From the sequence record NZ_CP019209.1: a stretch of DNA of 64,000 nt, one strand, 5' to 3'. Position 1 is the stretch's first letter. Each line of letters starts with the position of its first letter. This DNA is from a plasmid. The position numbers were made by a program, and so were the translations under genes. The notes under the pieces were generated by a model. It saw nothing but the letters and a program-made list of their open reading frames with translations, searched no databases and was not told the origin of the DNA. Below are positions 58,828-64,000 of this stretch, piece after piece.

Positions 58828-60269
58828 CAACTTACAAAATTGTTGCCGCAACAGGATGTCCAACAGGAATTGCCCACACTTATATGGCTCAAGAAGCATT
58901 GGAGCAGGCAGCTAAGCGCAAAGGGGTATCTATCAAAGTTGAAACCCATGGTCAAGTAGGGATAGAGAATGAATTAACACCAGAAGAAATAAAAAACGCT
59001 GACGCTGTAATCATTGCAGCTGACAAAGATGTTCAAGCAGAACGTTTCGCAGGTAAGCGTGTAATCGATGTGCCTGTCAGCAAGGGGATTAAAGATGCTG
59101 ACCAATTGATCGAAGATGCGTTGGCTGGTAAAGGTTCAATCATTGCAGAAAACAAAACAGTTGACGCTGCTGGTGAGAAAGCGGAGATGGGGGTTGCAGC
59201 AGGCATTGGTCACAGTATTTATAAAAATCTCATGAACGGTGTTTCTCATATGCTGCCGTTTGTAGTGGCAGGTGGGGTAATTATTGCAATTTCGTTTGCC
59301 ATCTGGGGTGTGTACTCTTTTGATCCCAATGATCCTACTTACAATCCGACTGCCGCTATGTTAAAGGGTGTTGGTGATGCGGCAATGGGAATGATGGTTC
59401 CTATTTTAGCAGCTTATATCGCTGAAGGAATCGCTAAACGTCCTGGTTTGGTTGTTGGGTTTGTTGGCGGACTGTTAGCCAATTCTGGCGGAGCCGGTTT
59501 CTTAGGCGGAATTTTTGCAGGTTTCTTAGCAGGCTACTTTATCTTACTATTGCAAAAGGTCATGAAAGGCTTGCCTAAACAATTGGATGGTCTGAAGGCG
59601 ATCTTCTTATATCCGGTGATCGGTGTCTTGTTTGTTGGTGTAGTCATGTCTTTATTAGCAAATCCAATGGAAGCAGTCAACCAAGGAATGATGAATTTCT
59701 TGGCAGGATTCCAAAATTCTAATCCATTAATTTTAGGGATTATCGTTGGCTGTATGTCAGCATTTGATATGGGAGGTCCAGTCAATAAAGCGGCTTATGT
59801 TACAGGGACTGCGTTGTTGGCACAAGGTAACCATACATTTATGGCAGGGGTTTCGGCAGCTTGTATCGCGCCCCCATTGATTACTGGATTTGCCGTACTG
59901 TTTTTTGGAAAATATTTCGACACGAATGATCGCAACGCTGGTTTAGTCAACTTTATCTTGGGCTCAACGCACATTACCGAAGGAGCAATTCCATTTGCGG
60001 CTAAAGATCCGCTGCGTGTTCTGCCAACTATGATGCTAGGTTCATCAATTGCTGCTGTACTGACATATATGTTTGGTGTCCAAGTTCCCGCACCTCATGG
60101 AGGTTTTCTAGTATTACCTGTTGTTACTGGTAAGGTTGCATGGGTAGGGTCGATTTTACTTGGTTCAATCGTTGGCGGAGTAATTTTAGGGTTGATCCAA
60201 AAACGTAGTGTAGAAAAACGTGAAGCAGAAGCAGCTACTGTTGAAATGAAAGAAGAAACCAACAACTAA
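58824..60269 (+). CDS. PTS fructose-family EIIB-EIIC component
   Basis: N-terminal IIB domain with the active cysteine (IVAATGCPTGIAHTYMA) fused to a large IIC membrane domain. Confidence 0.75.
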   Translation: MTTYKIVAATGCPTGIAHTYMAQEALEQAAKRKGVSIKVETHGQVGIENELTPEEIKNADAVIIAADKDVQAERFAGKRVIDVPVSKGIKDADQLIEDALAGKGSIIAENKTVDAAGEKAEMGVAAGIGHSIYKNLMNGVSHMLPFVVAGGVIIAISFAIWGVYSFDPNDPTYNPTAAMLKGVGDAAMGMMVPILAAYIAEGIAKRPGLVVGFVGGLLANSGGAGFLGGIFAGFLAGYFILLLQKVMKGLPKQLDGLKAIFLYPVIGVLFVGVVMSLLANPMEAVNQGMMNFLAGFQNSNPLILGIIVGCMSAFDMGGPVNKAAYVTGTALLAQGNHTFMAGVSAACIAPPLITGFAVLFFGKYFDTNDRNAGLVNFILGSTHITEGAIPFAAKDPLRVLPTMMLGSSIAAVLTYMFGVQVPAPHGGFLVLPVVTGKVAWVGSILLGSIVGGVILGLIQKRSVEKREAEAATVEMKEETNN

Positions 60270-60296
60270 AGGTTATTCTAGAAAGAAGGATTTCAA

Positions 60297-60752
60297 ATGA
60301 CTTTGATCAAAACAAATAAAGTTTTTATGAATAAAAATTTTACGACGCAAGATGAGGTAATGAACTTCCTTGCAGATCAGTCAATTGTCTTGAGCATTAG
60401 TGAAGACCGAGATGCAGTTTACGAAAAATTGATGGAAAGAGAAGAAGAAAGCACGACTGGTATGATGGATGGTTTTGCCATCCCTCATGCCAAAGATGCT
60501 AGTATCAAGGATGCCGATATTGTGATTGTTCGGTTAAACGGTAAGGTCGATTGGAAAAGTTTAGATGGAGAAGGAACGGATTTTGTAATCGCTCTGTTTA
60601 TTCCAGATTCAGAGGCTGGAACAACCCATCTAAAATTTTTATCTCAGGTAGCCAGACTTTTGATGCACAAAGATGTGACAGAAGGTCTGAAACAAGCCCA
60701 GTCTGCTGAAGAAATAGCTGAACTTTTAAACCAAAAATTAGAAGAAAACTAA
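60297..60752 (+). CDS. PTS fructose/mannitol-family EIIA component
   Basis: 151 aa with the phosphorylatable histidine region (…MMDGFAIPHAKD…). Confidence 0.7.
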   Translation: MTLIKTNKVFMNKNFTTQDEVMNFLADQSIVLSISEDRDAVYEKLMEREEESTTGMMDGFAIPHAKDASIKDADIVIVRLNGKVDWKSLDGEGTDFVIALFIPDSEAGTTHLKFLSQVARLLMHKDVTEGLKQAQSAEEIAELLNQKLEEN

Positions 60753-60770
60753 AAAGGAAGTAGTGAAATC

Positions 60771-61745
60771 ATGCCTTTAACAGAAAAAAAGAAAACTTAT
60801 ATTCGTCAACTAAGTAATGAAAGTGGCATCATCAGTGCGTTAGCAATCGATCAACGTGGTGCCTTGAAAAAAATGATCGGTAAATTTCAAAATCAATCAG
60901 CAACCGATGAACAAATCATCAATTTCAAAAAAATCATTTCTTCTGAATTGACTCCATATGCTTCAGCAATCTTATTAGATCCAGAATATGGGTTGCCGGC
61001 AGCCGAAGTTCGCGATAAAAATGCTGGTCTGTTGTTGGCCTATGAAAAAACTGGTTACGATGCTTCAACTCCAGGACGTTTACCGGATATTTTATCTATT
61101 TGGTCTGTAAAACGTCTAAAGGAGCAAGGGGCCGATGCTTGTAAGTTCTTGTTATACTACGATGTAGATGAATCTGATGATATCAATGACCAAAAGAAGG
61201 CGTTTATGGAGCGGATTGGTTCTGAATGTGTTGCTGAAGATTTGCCATTTTTCTTAGAATTGGTTTCTTATGATGCCAACGATCCTGATACTTCTTCGAA
61301 GGAATATGCCTTGAAAAAACCGCATAAAGTAAATGAAATGATGAAGGAATTTTCTAAGCCTCGCTATGGAGTTGACGTTTTGAAAGTGGAAGTTCCTGTT
61401 AATATGAACTATGTGGATGGTTACACTAAAAATGAAGTTGCTTATACCAAAGAAGAAGCTGCTGCTTATTTCAAAGAACAATCCGAGACTACCAACCTGC
61501 CATTTATTTTCTTGAGCGCAGGAGTAACTGCTGAATTGTTCCAAGAAACCTTGAAATTTGCAAAAGAGGCTGGCTCTACATTCAATGGGGTACTCTGTGG
61601 GCGCGCAACTTGGGCGAATGGTGTAGAACCATTCGTTACTAAAGGTGAATATGCTGCCAAAGAATGGATGCAGACACAAGGACGCAAGAACATCGAAGAG
61701 CTGAATAATGTTTTGAAAGAAACAGCAACAGCTATTAAATTGTAA
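60771..61745 (+). CDS. lacD: Tagatose-1,6-bisphosphate aldolase (class I, LacD-like)
   Basis: [36 protein letters not shown]… closely follows the LacD N-terminus (recalled). 324 aa. Confidence 0.8.
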   Translation: MPLTEKKKTYIRQLSNESGIISALAIDQRGALKKMIGKFQNQSATDEQIINFKKIISSELTPYASAILLDPEYGLPAAEVRDKNAGLLLAYEKTGYDASTPGRLPDILSIWSVKRLKEQGADACKFLLYYDVDESDDINDQKKAFMERIGSECVAEDLPFFLELVSYDANDPDTSSKEYALKKPHKVNEMMKEFSKPRYGVDVLKVEVPVNMNYVDGYTKNEVAYTKEEAAAYFKEQSETTNLPFIFLSAGVTAELFQETLKFAKEAGSTFNGVLCGRATWANGVEPFVTKGEYAAKEWMQTQGRKNIEELNNVLKETATAIKL

Positions 61746-61822
61746 GAAAGCTTTAACTATAACCTTAAGTTTGTAACCTAATGATTTTTAATAATCAATT
61801 TGAGCTTTTAAATAAAGAATTG

Positions 61823-61850
61823 GAAGCGTCCCGACGCTTCCTTTTTCGTT
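61823..61850. terminator. Bidirectional rho-independent terminator
   Basis: GGAAGCGTCCCGACGCTTCC with T-runs on both strands, between convergent lacD and the TetR pseudogene. Confidence 0.5.
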
Positions 61851-61854
61851 TGTC

Positions 61855-62340
61855 TTAAGGCATGATAGGTTCTATGTTGTCGTTCAATAAGCGCAAGAAG
61901 GTCAGCATTTTTTTCTTAGAGTATGCAAAATTGCTTTCTACCCAATGATTTAAAACGGAGAGGCACCCTTGGATATGGTAAATGGTGAAGTAACGCATTT
62001 CTTCTGTGATCACGGTTTTTTTGTCTTCTTGTAGCCAGATTTTTAAATAATTTTCTTCGATCAGATTATTTAATCTCTTTTGGAATTGGATATCTCCGTG
62101 GTTGATAACGAATAACTTGTACACGAACGTATTTGTATAGACATAGTCGATCAAATGAGCGTATAGATCCTCGTAGCTGTGTGTCGTGTCATAGGAAATG
62201 ATTTCATCCAAGTCTTAGAAAAAGCTATTTTCTAGCTTTTCATAAAGATCATAGATATCCGTATAATGTTTATAAAATGTCGAACGGTGAAGATCAGCAG
62301 TTTCGGTCAGTTCACGGATAGTGATGTTTTGAATTTTTCG
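61855..62340 (-). pseudogene. TetR-family regulator, interrupted by a stop after the HTH and truncated at the N-terminus by an IS30 fragment
   Basis: The minus-strand translation gives …IQNITIRELTETADLHRSTFYKHYTDIYDLYEKLENSFF*DLDEI…. The ORF 61855-62211 then supplies the TetR C-terminal domain. Confidence 0.5.
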
Positions 62341-62445
62341 CGAATTGTAAAATTAAGTTAGAAAAATAAAAAGGCATTTATGGTACACTCAAATTGTATT
62401 TCCGACGAAAGAAAACAAAGGAGTGTAACCATAAATGACCTACAA
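62340..62445 (+). mobile_element. Left-end fragment of the IS30-family element (same type as 24444-25498), truncated by IS1216
   Basis: GAATTGTAAAATTAAGTTAGAAAAATAAAAAGGCATTTATGGTACACTCAAATTGTATTTCCGAC…ATGACCTACAAG parallels 24444-24545 (inverted repeat, then the start of MTYTHLT…). It ends at the IS6 inverted repeat. Confidence 0.55.
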
Positions 62446-63257
62446 GGTTCTGTTGCAAAGTTTTAAATAAAGAATAAAATCCCTTACGGTATCTATGATT
62501 TAAGCTGGGATTCCCAATAATACCTTGATTTCAGTACAGACCGAAAACCCGAAGAGAGTGCCTTCTTTTCGGGTTTTCTTATATAATCCTCGAATGGCTT
62601 CCATGCCTTTAATCGTGGTAGAGCCAGTGCGTAAACTTCGATAGAATTTATTGCGTCTCTTTACTGGACGATGGTCTTGTTCAATCAAATTATTCAGGTA
62701 TTTAATGGTACGATGTTCTGTCCCTTGATAAAAGCCGCCGTATTCTTTTAGTTTCTTAAAGGCACTTGTAATAGAGGGGGCTTTATCTGTGACTACAACC
62801 TTCGGTTCATCAAACTGCTTCACTAACCGCTTAAGAAAAGCATAGGCTGCTTGTGTGTCCCGTTTTTTACGTAACCAAATATCCAAGGTTAAACCATCTG
62901 CATCGATGGCTCGATACAAATAATGCCATTTTCCTTTAATTTTGATGTACGTTTCATCCATTTTCCATGAATAAAAGGATTTTTTATTTTTCTTTTTCCA
63001 AATTTGATAGAGTAGTTTGCCATATTCTTGCACCCAACGATAAATCGTCGTATGAGAAACGTTAATGCCACGATCATATAAGATTTCTTGAACTTCACGA
63101 TAGCTAAGGTTATAACGAAGATAGTAGCCCACGGCTACAATAATCACATCCTGCTGAAATTGCTTTCCTTTAAAATGATTCATCGTCATTCCTCCTGCTA
63201 TCTTTTTCTATTATTCTACCTTATTTGATAGTAGATTTAAAACTTTGCAACAGAACC
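62446..63257 (-). mobile_element. IS1216-like IS6 element, copy 6 (3-bp in-frame insertion in the transposase)
   Basis: Variant-A sequence with an extra GCC (KEYGGFYQG versus KEYGFYQG) and an A-to-G substitution. Inverted repeats intact. Confidence 0.85.
62500..63189 (-). CDS. IS6-family transposase (229 aa)
   Basis: Full-length ORF with a one-residue insertion relative to copy 2. Confidence 0.85.
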   Translation of the reverse strand: MTMNHFKGKQFQQDVIIVAVGYYLRYNLSYREVQEILYDRGINVSHTTIYRWVQEYGKLLYQIWKKKNKKSFYSWKMDETYIKIKGKWHYLYRAIDADGLTLDIWLRKKRDTQAAYAFLKRLVKQFDEPKVVVTDKAPSITSAFKKLKEYGGFYQGTEHRTIKYLNNLIEQDHRPVKRRNKFYRSLRTGSTTIKGMEAIRGLYKKTRKEGTLFGFSVCTEIKVLLGIPA

Positions 63258-63520
63258 ATTTAGCGGCTAAATTAGTAAAATTTTTAAAAAATAAGAATAA
63301 ACGAGTGATGGAACAATTATCGATTATTGGATTTGATGATATTACTTTTGCAGAATTAATGGATCCTGCGTTGACAACAATACGACTAAATCCAGGTAAC
63401 AAGGGGGCGATTGCTTTTCACCAACTGATTGGACTGGCCAAACAAGAAGAAATAAAAAATCAAGTACTACTATTAGAGGGAGAATTGATTTCTCGAGACT
63501 CTGTTCACAAAATCAAATAA
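63258..63520 (+). pseudogene. LacI-family regulator C-terminal fragment, truncated by IS1216
   Basis: …IIGFDDITFAELMDPALTTIRLNPGNKGAIAFHQLIGLAKQEE… is the C-terminal end of a LacI effector domain. The ORF-track start lies in the IS inverted repeat. Confidence 0.5.
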
Positions 63521-63734
63521 AAAAGCTCTGTGAAATAAGTATAGTTAACAATAAAATATCCGAACGATAGAGAGAATGAACTGTGATCTAGCAGTTCCTC
63601 GTCGGAAATTCACTAGAATTAGCATTATTTACTCTAAATTGTTCGGATATTTTTTCTTGTTTTTAATTATGATTACAGTGCCTATTTTTAACGAAATTTG
63701 CTTATTTTCAAAATGTATGATTATATTTTAGTAA

Positions 63735-64000
<266 letters not shown>

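Overview
This window looks like a mosaic accessory region of a low-GC Gram-positive replicon, most likely an enterococcal (E. faecium-type) plasmid or megaplasmid. That call rests on IS content and plasmid-type genes and is inference, not a database hit. Roughly 40% of the window is insertion sequences. There are six IS6 (IS1216-like) copies of two sequence variants: one chimeric, one internally deleted, two carrying nonsense mutations. There are four IS256-family elements, including a canonical IS256 and one inserted into an amidohydrolase gene with a perfect 8-bp target duplication. There are three copies of an IS982/IS4-like element with 22-bp terminal inverted repeats, two ISL3, one IS66, two IS3-family and two IS30-family elements. 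Fragments of IS21 and IS110 and an internally deleted Tn3-family transposon are also present. Between the ISs lie these cargo modules. (1) A RelBE toxin-antitoxin pair. (2) A fructosamine (frl-like) utilisation operon: SIS deglycase, FrlD-like kinase, GntR regulator, IS-disrupted amidohydrolase, YfcC transporter and a truncated epimerase. (3) An IS1216-bounded module: Rgg regulator, cytoplasmic ApbE flavin transferase, NADPH:FMN reductase, and an FMN-reductase/DUF438 fusion whose C-terminus carries three tandem DAV[ST]SAS flavinylation-like motifs. (4) An AT-rich islet with an XRE regulator, an unknown 280-aa protein and a 606-aa DEDDh (DnaQ-like) exonuclease fused to a NUMOD1/IENR1-like C-terminal HTH; this is a candidate defence or anti-mobile-element module. 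(5) A sucrose/fructo-oligosaccharide cluster: LacI regulator, ABC transporter, GH32 hydrolase, fructokinase. (6) Plasmid-maintenance genes: an AbrB/MazE-type antitoxin with a frameshifted RelE/ParE toxin, parA and a parB-like gene with palindromic sites. (7) Two small (~190-200 aa) tyrosine recombinases, each beside unknown AT-rich genes. (8) An MFS transporter. (9) A tagatose PTS cluster (RpiR regulator, LacC-like kinase, EIIBC, EIIA, LacD aldolase) whose regulator has been separated from the operon by an IS insertion. No CRISPR array, rRNA or tRNA was seen.
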